This document shows, piece by piece, positions 52,694-64,000 of a DNA stretch of 64,000 nucleotides. The stretch comes from the human T2T-CHM13v2.0 reference genome, Homo sapiens, in NCBI RefSeq assembly GCF_009914755.1, contig NC_060947.1; one strand, written 5' to 3'. Position numbers and translations under genes: made by a program. The notes below the pieces were generated by a model. It made no database searches. It worked only from the letters and a program-made list of their open reading frames with translations, and was not told the origin of the DNA. The number at the start of each line of letters is the position of its first letter. The stretch's first letter is position 1.

Positions 52694-53774
52694 GACAAGA
52701 CTATTATCGATCACATAATATCTTCTAGTACAAATGTGTCCCCTCACCACCATGAAATCTACAGCTCATTGCTAAAGATTAAATGGAAAAAGAAAGAGGG
52801 CTGATGACACAGTATAGCAGAGATCTCTAGATTGGGGTGATGATCTTGAAGAAAGTGCTCTGGGTAAACCATTCTTTTGATAAACTTCTCCACCCTCCTC
52901 CATTCTATCTGGTTTGCGTGAGGATTGCCTATAACAAGATTTTCTGAATTGGAATTAAGAAAATATATTTCACTGGCTGCTCCAGGATTCACATATATGA
53001 ATATGAATGTGGTAACTTTCCCAGTTTCACCAATAGAAAAATATGGGCCTTGATTTTTGCCTTAAGGAGAAAGATAGCCTGAGAGAACAAAGCTGAAACA
53101 GAGAGAAGCAGAGAAGGAAGGAGAAGAGTAAGGGTCAGCTAGCATTTCAACTCCTGGTTCCTGAAGCCAGTAATATATCTGGCTCTCTTACAGACAGTTT
53201 ACATAAGCCAATAAATCCCTCTTTTGCTTCATCTTATTTTGGGCTGCAAATGAAAGAAACCCAAGACGTGAATACTAATTAATACATCTTACTTTAATAA
53301 TCCCCAAATAATCAGACATTCCTCTTCTTGAACCTCCAGCTCCCAAACTGGTCTTAATCAGGCTAATTGAGCTTAATTTAAAGGTCAACTTTCACCTAAA
53401 AAGAAGATGCACTAAAAACTTATGGCAGATGCTTTGCACAGAGAATTTTTAAAACCTGTCATTTAACCCTCACGATTATCTTTCAATGATATTCCTGTAT
53501 CATACATCAGGAAATCAAGGCTCAGAGAAGTTAGGAAAGATTTGCCAAAGGTTGTCTAACTGGTAGTGATGGAACTACAGATGGTCACAAAACACTAGGC
53601 TGGAAAAGGAGAAAGGCCCAGGCCTTCAGCTTCTCCCTGGTGTCATTTATCTCAAACCCTGACCCTTAAGACTGCAAGATCGTATTTAACACCTGTTGTT
53701 ATTTTTTGCATTTATGTATTCCACAAGGGTAACCCTAAAATGAATCCACTTTGCACTCACAAAAAGAAGACATG

Positions 53775-54225
53775 ACATGCAGCAGCCAGGGAGGTGTACC
53801 ACTCGTATCCCCCTCCAAGAAAGTACTTGTCATTCCCCTGTAAAAAAATGCAGTTAGCTGACAGTTTCCAGCTTTTGAGCCAAGGCTATGCTTCCTGGGA
53901 AGCCCCAGCTGATGACTGAGCTCGGCAGGAGCCCTGCCATTTCCTGTGCACCATGGGACTTCTCTAATGAACTGTCTTTGCTCTGGGGCTCCCCACTGGG
54001 TTGGCCAAAATTTTGTCATATTTGCATGGCAGTCTGAAGCTCTTTTGCCTAGTCCTGCTTTTTTCCTTCTTTCTTCAGGAGTCGGATCAGTATCATAGTC
54101 TGGAAGCTGTGCCTGCCCAATCCTGCCTCCTCTCTGTTTTCCACACGGACATTTACCCCTCAATAAACTGCTTGCATTTTTGATTCCATCTCAGTTTCTG
54201 TTTCCTGGAGGACCCAACTGGCACA
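53775..54225 (+). mobile_element. ERVL solo LTR (LTR16A/B-like)
   Basis: 'tgcagcagccagggagg...ctctggggctccccactgggttggcc...caataaactgcttgca...tttcctggaggacccaactggcaca'. Confidence 0.8.
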
Positions 54226-55309
54226 CTAAACTGTGAGTGAACGAGCAAGAGAAGCAGAATTCAAGGGAAAATAGTTCTTTTGCAAGACATATTTTCCTAT
54301 AGATAAGGCAGCTGTGGTAGACCTTTGTAATTCTATTTCAGTAAAGCAGATTGTGCTGAATATGCCAAACGGCTTCTCTTAGCTGGAGGGAGTGCCTCCC
54401 TGAGACCTGTCAGGCAATAGTATTTATGCGACCATTTCTACTATCTTAGTGACCCAGTCCCTCTTTATGTGGATGATTGCTTTGCAGCCCTGCCATAGGT
54501 ATTTACCATCAGGGCTATTATAGCCTACTGAGTCATCCAGGAGAGAAATCCAAGTTGATAATTAACATCCTGAGGAAGGTAATTGTGAAACACTTAAGCA
54601 TGGGGCTATAACTTCTGGCTCAGTGTCAGTAAGGACAACCTGTAGGGCATATCATACTTAATGAGTCAGTAGCTACCTAAGATGATTATAAAAACCCAAA
54701 GCATATTATTTTTATTGCTGTGTGCAGGAGCTGCAGATTATGTCCTTTTGACCTATTTTGTGTTTTCATTCCCAGCTAAATAATAACCATTCGAGAGTGG
54801 AGGAGATGAATGATTCTTCTCATTATTAGGAAATGCTATATATCTGCAGTATGTTTTTCTAAATAGAAAACTTGTAGGGTAGGAGCTTTTCTCCTTTCCC
54901 TCATGAGTTAATGTTCTGTTTTAATTATGAACGTGATTCTCCTTCTTAGAGTTAGTGGAAAGTAGTAGACAAATGCACATCACAGTCCATAGACAGAGCA
55001 TGCATTGATAACAAAAGGGTCAGAGGTTGGGTTTGACCTTGGAAAGAAAAGTTGGAGCAGCACCCTTCAAACAAAAGGGGCAACACATTCACGGACAAGG
55101 CAACTATTCAACCGAAGTTTTACAGTCTCCCTCAACTGTTCTGCTAGTTTCAATCACTGATGGTTTAAATGTAACCGTCCATTACTCCCAGAAGGATGTT
55201 ATTTCATCTCTACTCATTTCTGATAGTTTCTTCTCCTTCTTGTCTATGCTGCAGTCTACATGCTCTATTTACCAGGTACACAAAGTAGATGACTTTTACC
55301 ATAGTATAA

Positions 55310-55845
55310 TGGTATCAGTTCAGGTCCTCTGGTAAGCAGACATCAAGGACAAGTTAGCAGTATAAGATGTGTATTGGGGAGTAATGCCTGTGAAAAATGA
55401 CTGGAGAGAAAGCAGGAGTAGACATAGAAAGTCATAGAAAGATCATGATGCCAATCAGACTCGTGATTGAGTGTGGCTTTTGTTGCAGGAAAAAAAAATC
55501 AGACTCGTGAAAGGAAAGAAGGAAGAGGACAGAATCTGGCAGGCAGAACCTCAGAATGCAATGCAAATGTGGTTAACGCAATAGACAGCACAGAAACAAA
55601 GGGTGTCCAATAGCAGAGGCCCACACTGGGCAGAGAGGCTAGGCCCTAGTATATCCTCACCATGCTCAGTCTCAGTCATTGTGTCGGGGGCTGCCTGAGA
55701 AAAACATGGTCTTCGCTCAAACACTGCAGTGGATCCCAAAGGTGAAGCAGCTGGAGGCTGTCAGCTAGCTGTCCTTCTTGCCTTGCAGCTGATCAGCAAG
55801 TTCTTCATTGAAAGGAAATCCAAGAAGCACGCCTCCACAGCCACT
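55310..55845 (-). mobile_element. ERVL solo LTR (LTR16A1/B-like)
   Basis: 'cagttcaggtcctctggtaagcagacatcaag...tattggggagtaatgcctgtgaa...gcacgcctccacagccac'. Confidence 0.75.
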
Positions 55846-55849
55846 AGGA

Positions 55850-56175
55850 TAATCTAGTCTCTTGGGACTATGATACAAAAAGCGAAGGCTTATTTCTTGG
55901 TTATGTTACATGTTATTTGTGGATTAACTGTGGTTCTATTCTATTTTGTCCCAAGTTCAGGACCCAAGCTAAGAGAGGAGCCACCATTTAGAGCATTGCC
56001 AGTAGGTGTGGTAGAGGGAGAGCTCCATTAGGTTTCACACTAACAAGAGCTCACAATTCATTGGCCAAACTAGGTCATATGATTCCCACCCAACCACAGA
56101 GGAGAAGAAAGTTCAATCCTACCACATGCTTGGAAAGCAGAGAGCCTAAAACAAGCAACACCAACAATTACAACA
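55850..56175 (-). mobile_element. Old MaLR LTR fragment (MLT1J/K-like)
   Basis: 'aaggcttatttcttg...caggacccaagct...gctcacaattcattggccaaactaggtcatatg'. Confidence 0.6.
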
Positions 56176-57018
56176 GTGAACAAATTGGTTAACTCCCAAA
56201 GCCTCCTTTATGTTCTATAAATAACAATTTGTGGGGTACTCAATAAGCCCAAAGGTTTGTATTGGTTTTTTTCCCTGATAACTTATAAGTCATCATTTCT
56301 CTAAGAACCCTTTCTATTTATAGCAGTAGAGACATTAAGTCTCCCTGTTTTGTAAGGAATAAATCCAATGCTCCCTTTTGGTTGTTTGGAAGCAAGGCAA
56401 GTAGAAATTCACCATTTCGGGAGGAAGCATTGGAGCTCCAGCTCTTTCAACTATTGGGCAGAATCACCCAGCATCCCCACCTCTGTCCATTTCTACAAAC
56501 TGTAAAACTCTCTAAGCTTTCTGAGAAGGTGGTGAGAAATTTTTCCAGGAACCTACTATGAGAGAAGAAGATGAGGCCACAAACTATTTCTTGAGAGTCA
56601 AAGTTATTAAAACCAATTTTGGTGTTTGGAAGTATTTCTGTCTGAGGCCTAATGTTAGAAAAGAAAGCCATACGTTGATGAAAAAATTTTCCTGAGAATA
56701 GAAAGAGACTTGATCAGGATGCTGGCTTCTGCACCAGTATTTACATTGCCAAAAGAGAATATGGTCCTGGGTTTACGAAAAGACCAACTGAAGATTCTAC
56801 ACAAAATCTTCTCCTGGTCATGGGATTTAACCCCAAAGAAGTACCTGTGAGTGGAGATACTAACTAACAAAGCCTTGTAAGTGAAGAACTGTAACTTGGA
56901 GACCAAGGCAAATGTGAGATAATCTGTAATATGGGTAAAAGGAGATTCTAGCACCATATCAAAGAGAGCACCTCAGCTATCACAGGTCACTTAATAGAAA
57001 CAGAATTGAATTGCATGG

Positions 57019-57561
57019 TAAAGGAAATCAAAATATTTTACCCCAAAATATATTTCTTTGACAAATTTTGAAATCGCTGTCATAGAGCCAGAAGATTGAG
57101 ATGGAAGAAATTTGTATCTGTAGAGAATCTCTACTAAAGCAGCCAGGCCTTCCCTTTCTAGGCTTTTCCTGGATCTGGAAGAAGTCTACTAAAAGTCTGA
57201 TAACTTTAAAAGTCTGAAAAGAAACACTTACAATTTATTCCCTCTGAGGGCTACTACCTATGAGGCTTCATCTATATAACAAGACTACTTTTGCTAGCCA
57301 AACCTCTTCCTTTCTCACTCCCATGACCTGTCTTGCCACGAAAACCTGATTTACCAACATATCTGTTTTGGGCCATGCTCTGAGCCTGCATTCTTTCTAT
57401 TGCCTCGAGATAATAGATAAACTTCTGTACTCTGTTGGGGGGTTGGATCTTCCTTCTGAAGGATCCCATGTATACATGTTAAATAAATTTGTATGCCTTT
57501 TCTCCTATTAATCAATCTGCCTCATGTCCATGATTTTTCAGTGAGGGCCTTGGCCCCCACA
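57019..57561 (+). mobile_element. ERV1 solo LTR (MER4 group, LTR29/LTR48/LTR49-like)
   Basis: 'aaaggaaatcaaaatattttaccccaaaatatatttctttgac'...'aataaatttgtatgccttttctcc...tggcccccaca'. Confidence 0.8.
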
Positions 57562-57752
57562 AGGGCAAGACAAGTAGAACCCTTTGGAGTTCCAAGCAAT
57601 TTCTTTGCTTTTCTCCTCCTCAGGGTGCAGCAAGGTGGACCCTTAGGATTGTAGGATTGGCTAAACCACTATTCTTGTGCTTGTTACAAAGAAGAAAACC
57701 TAGAGAGAGAGGGGCTAAACTCTCTGCTAATATGAATCTAAGAAGACAAGAG

Positions 57753-58071
57753 GGCTGGGTGGAGTGGCTCATGCCTGTAATCCTAGCACTTTGGGAGGCC
57801 AAGGCAGGTGGATTGTTTGAGCCCAGGAGTTCGAGACCAGTCTGGACAACATGGCAAAATCCTGTCTCTACAAAAAATATTAAATACCAAAAATTATCCG
57901 GGTGTGGTGGCATGTGCCTGTCGTCATAGCTGTTCAGGAGGCTGAGGTGGGAGGATCACCTGAGCCTGGGAGATCAGGGCTGCAGTGAGCCATGATTGTG
58001 ACACTGCACTGCAGCTTGAGTGACAGAGTGAGACCTTGTCTCAAAAAAAAAAAAAAAAAGAAGAAGAAGAA
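57753..58071 (+). mobile_element. Alu (AluJ) with A/GAA tail
   Basis: J-type 'ttgagcccaggagttcg', 'gaggtgggaggatcacctgagcc'; TSD approximately 'aagaaggacaagag'. Confidence 0.95.
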
Positions 58072-59644
58072 GGACAAGAGCAGCTTGGGGCATTGTACTT
58101 GGGGGGGCATTATTTTTTTTCCCTGAATCTAATGTGATCAGAAAATGTTGATTTGTAAAGCTATGTTTTGAACACCCCAACAAGAACTCCTAAGGGAAAA
58201 TTACTCTAATTTGTTTTTGTATGATCTGTCTTGATTCCTGGGGATTTCATTTGAATATGGACTTGTACAAATCACAATCATCAGTAATATTTCTCTGAAT
58301 CTTTTTCCCATGCCTGCTAAAGTAAGATCTTCGGGTTGGGGTGGAGGGAGAGGAAAGGACAGAGGCACTATTTCTAGGAGTCTCCAAGGGACACCTTGCC
58401 TGAGCCCACAGAAATATTTCTTTTTGCCACTCCATGGCATTAGCCATTTCTTTTTTCTGCTGTGTTTCCCTGTAGCTGAGATGTCAGGCCACCCATGCCC
58501 TCAAGAGGCAATGTCCTTCAGTTTATAACAACTCTGTCATCATAGGTGAGAGCCTTGGCACTGCCACGGGTGAGATAACATAACAGGGCAACTCACTGGG
58601 TTATTTAGAGCCTTTGTTCTACCATATCTGGGCTATGTTTTCCTCAGAAGCAGAGACAATTCCTCTTTCCTCATCTTGGCATTTTAAATGCTACTCCAAA
58701 ACAAAGCTGCACTGTTTTAGATCCTGAGTAAAAGCATTTCAATGCAGCTATTCTGCCAGTTTTTTCCTGTAGTTTTCTCACCCCAGGACTTCAGCGTCAG
58801 TCAGTGGGGATTAGATTGGAGAACTGGCTGAGCAGTAGGACATGTTAATACTCAAAATCATCCCAACCCCGATTAACATGGGCATTGTTATTAGGAAGGA
58901 CAGTTGAGACAATCCACTTTGTTTGGAGGAGTTATTTCCCAAGAGACTTCTTGATCTTTCATCGAAGGGGAAACCTGGTGACCCCTAGCTCCACTGAGCA
59001 GAGGCAAGAAGCTCACAGACAGACTCTTGCTACCCATGCAGAGATCATATTGCCCCATGTTTAGTGAAACCCAGTGACTGGACAATGGGGGTGAAAAGTG
59101 AGGAGTGAGCACTCCGAAGCTTGAAGGCAGGGGTCAGGTGTCTCTACTTCTCTCTAGTATTTAGACCACACCCTCTTATATCTGTTATCCGCCTGGTGCT
59201 AATCTGTTGTGAGCACAAAAGATAAGAAGCAGAGAGACAAGGCAATGTCTTCTTTCCAAGTGAAGGTATATTGTGAGCATAGGTACTAACGGGAAGGTGG
59301 CAAATACGCTGGAAAATACCCTGACACATACAGCATTAGCACACAGGTATTTTTTGTTGGATGCTGTAAAATTCAGAGAAAGTTTGCCAAGAGGCAGAGT
59401 GAAAAAAAAAATTGGGTTATTATTTTAGAAACTGATTTTGAAAGAAGGAAGATTAAAAAAAGAAAAAAAGCCTTCTTACTAGAAGATACAGCTGACCTCA
59501 GAAATAAGCAGATGCGCCTCCACCACCAGGAGACAGTTTTAGAAAGGATTCCCCCTTGTTAGCTCAAGTTTATTCTTATCCCTAAGCACAAACTCCCTAG
59601 GGGATTTGGACACAGGCTGATTGCAGAATTCCATATGTTGAGAG

Positions 59645-59905
59645 CCAGAGTAGCATAATAGCAGGGAATACAGACTTTGAAAGCAACCTGCCTGTGTTGA
59701 AAGACCTTAGATGTGACATTTAACTAGCTGTGTGCTAGTGAGCAACTGACTTAACCTCTCTATGTCTCAGTTATCCCTTTTTGATAGATGAGGTGAGGAC
59801 GCCTGCCTTACATAACTGCAGTAAGAATCACGTGGCTATATGTCAAAAGCGCTTAGCTCAGTTCTCTGCACATAATCATTCGAAAGATGTTGGCTTTAAC
59901 ATTTT
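59645..59905 (+). mobile_element. MIR
   Basis: 'cagactttgaaag...actagctgtgtg...gacttaacctctctatgtctcagtt...aaagcgcttagc'. Confidence 0.78.
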
Positions 59906-60349
59906 GTTACCATCTAATTTTAAGATTGACACAGTAGAAATCAGAAATCTAATATGTATGCAGATATTTAGACTCAGGGCTCAACTTGCTTTAAAACTTT
60001 GTTCTAAAGAATATAATTTACTTAAGTATATTTGAATTTTTACAAGTTATTTGCACAAATGTGCAGAAATCCAATTGTATTACCAAACATGATTAAGACC
60101 CACCATCTTGAATCACGGAAAACACGTTTCCGGCAAAGCTGGGCTCTGAGATTATGGTACAGTGCTGACATCTGGTGGCAGCAAGCCCTGAAACATGAAA
60201 TTGAAGTTCTCTCACTAAAAGGAAATAGGTAAACACCCATAAATAAGCCTTCATAAAGGAAATAGGTAAACACCCATAATAAGTTTTCATTGGGCGGATA
60301 GGTTTTAGAACTCCTTCAAACTCTAAAATATAAATGAGTCTTAGAATTT

Positions 60350-61190
60350 TTATAGATAAGAAACTCCAAATGACTAATAAACATACTAAAGATGCTTATC
60401 TCCCCTAAAAACCAAAGAAATGAAAACTGAAGCAATTAGATACCATTATACCATTTTTATCCAACAGACTGAGAAATAGTAAAAAGACTGATAATACTAA
60501 TTGGAGATGAGTATGGAAAAATTGGGACTTTCAAACACTGCTGTCCAAATTTGAAGTGCTATTTTGCTGTACCAATAGACATTTAGCAGAATCTGGTAAA
60601 AGTGATGATGTGCATGGCCTGTAGCTCAGCAATTCTAGTTCAGGGTATGTATTCCAGACCCCAGGAAAAGCCTGTGCTCAAAGAAATGTGGTAAGGATAC
60701 AAATAATACGTGGCAGCATTATTTGTAACAGCAAAAAAAAAAAAACCTGGAAACATCCTAAATGTTCAGCAATAGGATGATGGCTAATATGTCACATGCA
60801 CATACTTAAAAGGATAAAACAGTAAAATGAAATGCACTAGAACCACATGCATCAACATGGATAAATCTTGAAAACAACAGTGAGACATGGAAACTTCAGA
60901 ATGTCACATAGAGTATGCTATTTATTGAATATAAAAACACAAGAGAATACTATATATTGTTTTGGAAAACTAAACATATAATATAAAAATATAAAATGGG
61001 AAGAAACCCATCAACTTCAGGGTAGTGATTACCTTTAGGGAGGGAGGAGGGAGAATAGGATTGGGAAGGGGAATAAAGGAAGTTTAACTATAACTGCAAT
61101 TTCAGTTATTAAAATTTCTTAATCTCTCTAACATTTTTATACCATTTATTTTTTGCTATTTATTGTATCCTTCAATATTTTCTGCACATT
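60350..61190 (+). mobile_element. Old L1ME ORF2-end/3' UTR fragment
   Basis: 'aaagatgctt...gaaatgaaaactgaagcaattagatacca...cagcaattctag...gcagcattatttgtaacagc...catggataaatcttgaaaac'. Confidence 0.75.
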
Positions 61191-61587
61191 TATATACATA
61201 CAATGGAATATTACTCAGCTATAAAAAGGAATGAAATTCTGATACATGCTACAACATTGATGAATCTTGAGGACATTATACTAAGTGAAATAAGCCAGTC
61301 ATAAAAGGACAAATATTGTATAATCCCACTTCTATATAGTACCTAGAATAGGCAAATTCATAAAGACAGAAAGTAGAATAGAGTTTACTGGAGCTGGGGG
61401 TAGGAAGAATGAGGAGTTATTGTTTAATGGGTAGAGATTTTCTGTTTAGGATGATAAGGAAGTTCTAGAGATGGATGGTGGCAATGGTTGCACAACAATG
61501 TGAATGTACTTAATGCTACTGAATTACACACTTAAAAATAGTTACAATGGCTTTATGTTTATATATATATATATAACCACACATAAA
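61190..61587 (+). mobile_element. L1MB 3' end
   Basis: 'acaatggaatattactcagc...ctgatacatgctacaaca...gttattgtttaatgggtagag...gaatgtacttaatgc..ctgaatt..cacttaaaa' followed by an A tail. Confidence 0.9.
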
Positions 61588-62539
61588 AAAATTAAAAACC
61601 TATAAGTCAGTTCCTGCCCTTTGGGCAACCACTCCAAGCATGGCAGAGAAGTAGGATATCTCCATATCTGTGCTGGCAGTTGTACAGAAGTTGGTGGAGA
61701 GGCAAAGAGGTGGCTGTCGCTGGCATTTCTTTTTTTTTTTTTTTTTTTTTTTGAATTAGAGCTGTAGTAAGAGGATGAAACCAAAGTTTAGGTTTCGGCA
61801 TCTAAAGACTAGAAAAATTGTATTTTATTGCTTCTTGAAATGCTAGCTTTTGCTGCCCTCTAACCAACAGGAGACCAGGGCCAGCTGAGCCTTCTTGTCT
61901 TTGAGTAAGGTCTGCTTCTTTCACTCCCCCTGGGCCCACCTCCCCTGGGGAGGTGTGACTTGATTCAATTTCCTGAGAATCTGGGGTGTAGTGAAAGGAT
62001 GCCAGAAGGTGGCAGCAAAAGACCACCTCGTGGAAAAGACCTTCTGCTTTCTTCTCTTCACTCTCCTGGGCATCTGGCAGAAGTTGGCTTTGATTGCCAG
62101 GGTCCCCACCTCAATTCAAGATGAAGCCTAGTGTAGTAACACCATGCCTGGGGCCAAGAGAGACACACCAAGCACAAGGTAATCAAGAGGCAATAATTCA
62201 AGAAAGGGTGCTTCCAAAGGCAAGGGAAGGATAGGAAAAGATATAGGTGAACCTGGCCAGTTAAACTCAATGAAACTTCCTATGTTTGGGGCTCTGTGGA
62301 CCCAAAGCTGGGTAAAGCAATCTCTTTCCTTGAGACATAGTCTAGTAAGAGAGATTAAATATATGCGCTTACATGAGGAAAAACAAAAGATCAAGGCCCA
62401 AGGTTTTTGGAATGAGCCCACGTTGGGTATTTTCCTTTCCCCTCCAGATCTACTTTTTCTACCCTTTTCCTTACCTCTCCCTGTCCAGAGATGCTGATCT
62501 GTATAGATTGGAAGCCAGAAGATAAAGGCACCTGTGAAA

Positions 62540-62885
62540 ATGTTGGCAAGATGACAAGGAAATAGGTAAATGTGCTCAGGCTTTTATTCCCAGGACTCCC
62601 TCCTGTGATGTTGCCTTGGCCTGGCCCTGTTGCGGAAGATCTGTTCCTCTCAATGGGCCTGCTCTACAGGATTCTCTCTCATTCTAGTTTCCAGCAACCT
62701 TTCCTTCCCCTCATCTCTTCTAGCCTAGTGGTAGTAGTAGCTGCTTCTAGTCTTGGGTTCCTGCACTCTCTTGTAGTCCTCTTCACCCCACCTATGCTTT
62801 AATTAAACCCTTTGTAAATAAACCCTCCTTAAATGATCCTAATTCGTGTATGCCATCTGTTTCCTGTTGGGATCCTGCCTGACAC
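62540..62885 (+). mobile_element. ERVL LTR33 fragment
   Basis: 'tttgtaaataaaccctcc...atcctaattcgtgtatgccatctgtttcctgttgggatcctgcctgacaca'. Confidence 0.75.
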
Positions 62886-63295
62886 AACACCTGGCTAAAT
62901 TATATTCATCCTCTACAACTAAGCTCATATAAAACAAGGAATAGCAAGGAGTGGTTTACCTGAAGGCTGTGGCATGTTTTCACAGAGGACTATGAGTAAT
63001 TCAGTACCACCAGAAAATAAGTTATAAGACTAGACGTGGCAGTTCAGTTGAAGGTGACAAGGAGTTAATATGAGACACGAGGTTCTCTTGATCTGGCACC
63101 TAGCATCTTAAACTTATGTCTGAGGAATAAAGGCAGTTCTTAAAGGGCACCGATTAGTTAAGTGGTTTAGAATCTTGAATATAATTTCTACCCAACATAG
63201 AGATTTAAGACAGTAGTTAAGGCATAAAGTTAGCAACATGGAAACCAGTTAGGAAAAATTTACCACAACCTAAAGACATGGCAATTTGAACCAGA

Positions 63296-63513
63296 TTTTT
63301 TTTTTTTAAGTTTTAAGTTCAGGGGTACATATGCACAATGTGCAGGTTTGTTACATAGGTAAATATGTGTCATGGGGTTTGTTGTACACATTATTTCATC
63401 AGCCAGGTATTAAGCCTAGTATCCATTAGTTATTTTTCCTGATACTCTTCCTCCTCCCACCTTCCATCCTCCAATAGGCCCCAGTGTGTGTAGTTCCCCT
63501 CTATGTGTCCATG
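63296..63513 (-). mobile_element. 5'-truncated L1PA 3' end
   Basis: 'aagttcaggggtacat...gtgcaggtttgttacataggtaa...ccaggtattaagcctag'; TSD 'ttgaaccagatt'. Confidence 0.93.
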
Positions 63514-63652
63514 TTGAACCAGATTCACGGTACTTGGAATGCATATGATAAATATTTAGAAGGTAAAACATCAATAGACCTGGATATTCAAATATTAGGG
63601 ATGTCAAGGAATAAAATAAAACCACCAGAGGTTTAAAAATTACAAAATTGGG

Positions 63653-63748
63653 TGCTATGGTTTGAATGTTTCCTCTAAAACTCATGTTGAAATTTAACTG
63701 TCATTGCAACAGTATTAAAAGATAGGACCTTTAAGAGGTAAGACCTTT
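63653..63748 (+). mobile_element. MaLR LTR 5' part (MSTB/MSTD-like)
   Basis: 'tgctatggtttgaatgtt..ctctaaaactcatgttgaaatttaa...ggacctttaagagg'. Confidence 0.78.
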
Positions 63749-64000
63749 GGCTGGGTGCGGTGGATCACACCTGTAATCCTAGGACTTTGGGAGGCTGAGG
63801 CAGGCGGATCACCTGAGGTCGGGAGTTCAGGACCAGGCTGACCAACATGGAGAAATCCCGTTTCTACTAAAAAAATACAAAATTAGCCAGGCATAGTGGT
63901 GCATGCCTGTAATCCCAGCTACTCAGGAGGCTGAGGCAGGAGAATCTCTTGAACCCGAGAGGCAGAGGTTGCGGTGAGCCAAGATTGCACCATTGCACTC
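63749..64000 (+). mobile_element. Alu (AluSp), runs off the window end
   Basis: Sp-type 'gaggtcgggagttc', 'accaacatggagaaa', 'gttgcggtgagcc'. Confidence 0.95.

Noticed and set aside
56440-57010. Coding-like unique stretch with overlapping ORFs (possible processed pseudogene)
   Set aside because: Manual translation of several frames matched no protein I recognise, and there is no poly-A or TSD; blastx would settle it.
62556-62570. 15-bp match (aaggaaataggtaaa) to the duplicated unit at 60218
   Set aside because: Short, A-rich, inside an LTR33 fragment; compatible with chance.

Overview
Primate (very probably human) nuclear DNA: AT-rich, CpG-depleted, with no CpG island and no supportable protein-coding gene, tRNA, rRNA or CRISPR array. 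The listed ORFs are chance ORFs or read-throughs of Alus, LTRs and microsatellites. The window is dense in interspersed repeats: about 16 Alu/Alu-monomer copies, most with visible target-site duplications (TSDs), plus old L1, L2 and MIR fragments. DNA transposons include MER5, MER63A, MER47 and a full-length HSMAR2 mariner. LTRs are unusually numerous: about 15 LTR16-like, 3 LTR33 and 1 MLT2 (ERVL), about 9 ERV1/MER4-group and about 7 MaLR. A degenerate ERVL gag-pro-RT relic lies at about 20.5-24.3 kb on the minus strand. LTRs occur in both orientations, which fits intergenic DNA. I found no convincing novel gene system. The most interesting signals are the LTR16 pile-up, a 23-nt orphan retro-insertion with A-tail and 14-bp TSD, a 290-bp pure-purine GAA tract grown from an Alu tail, template-switch scars and candidate CTCF/enhancer motifs. 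Repeat subfamily names come from my recall of consensus sequences, not a RepeatMasker run, and boundaries of old elements are approximate.
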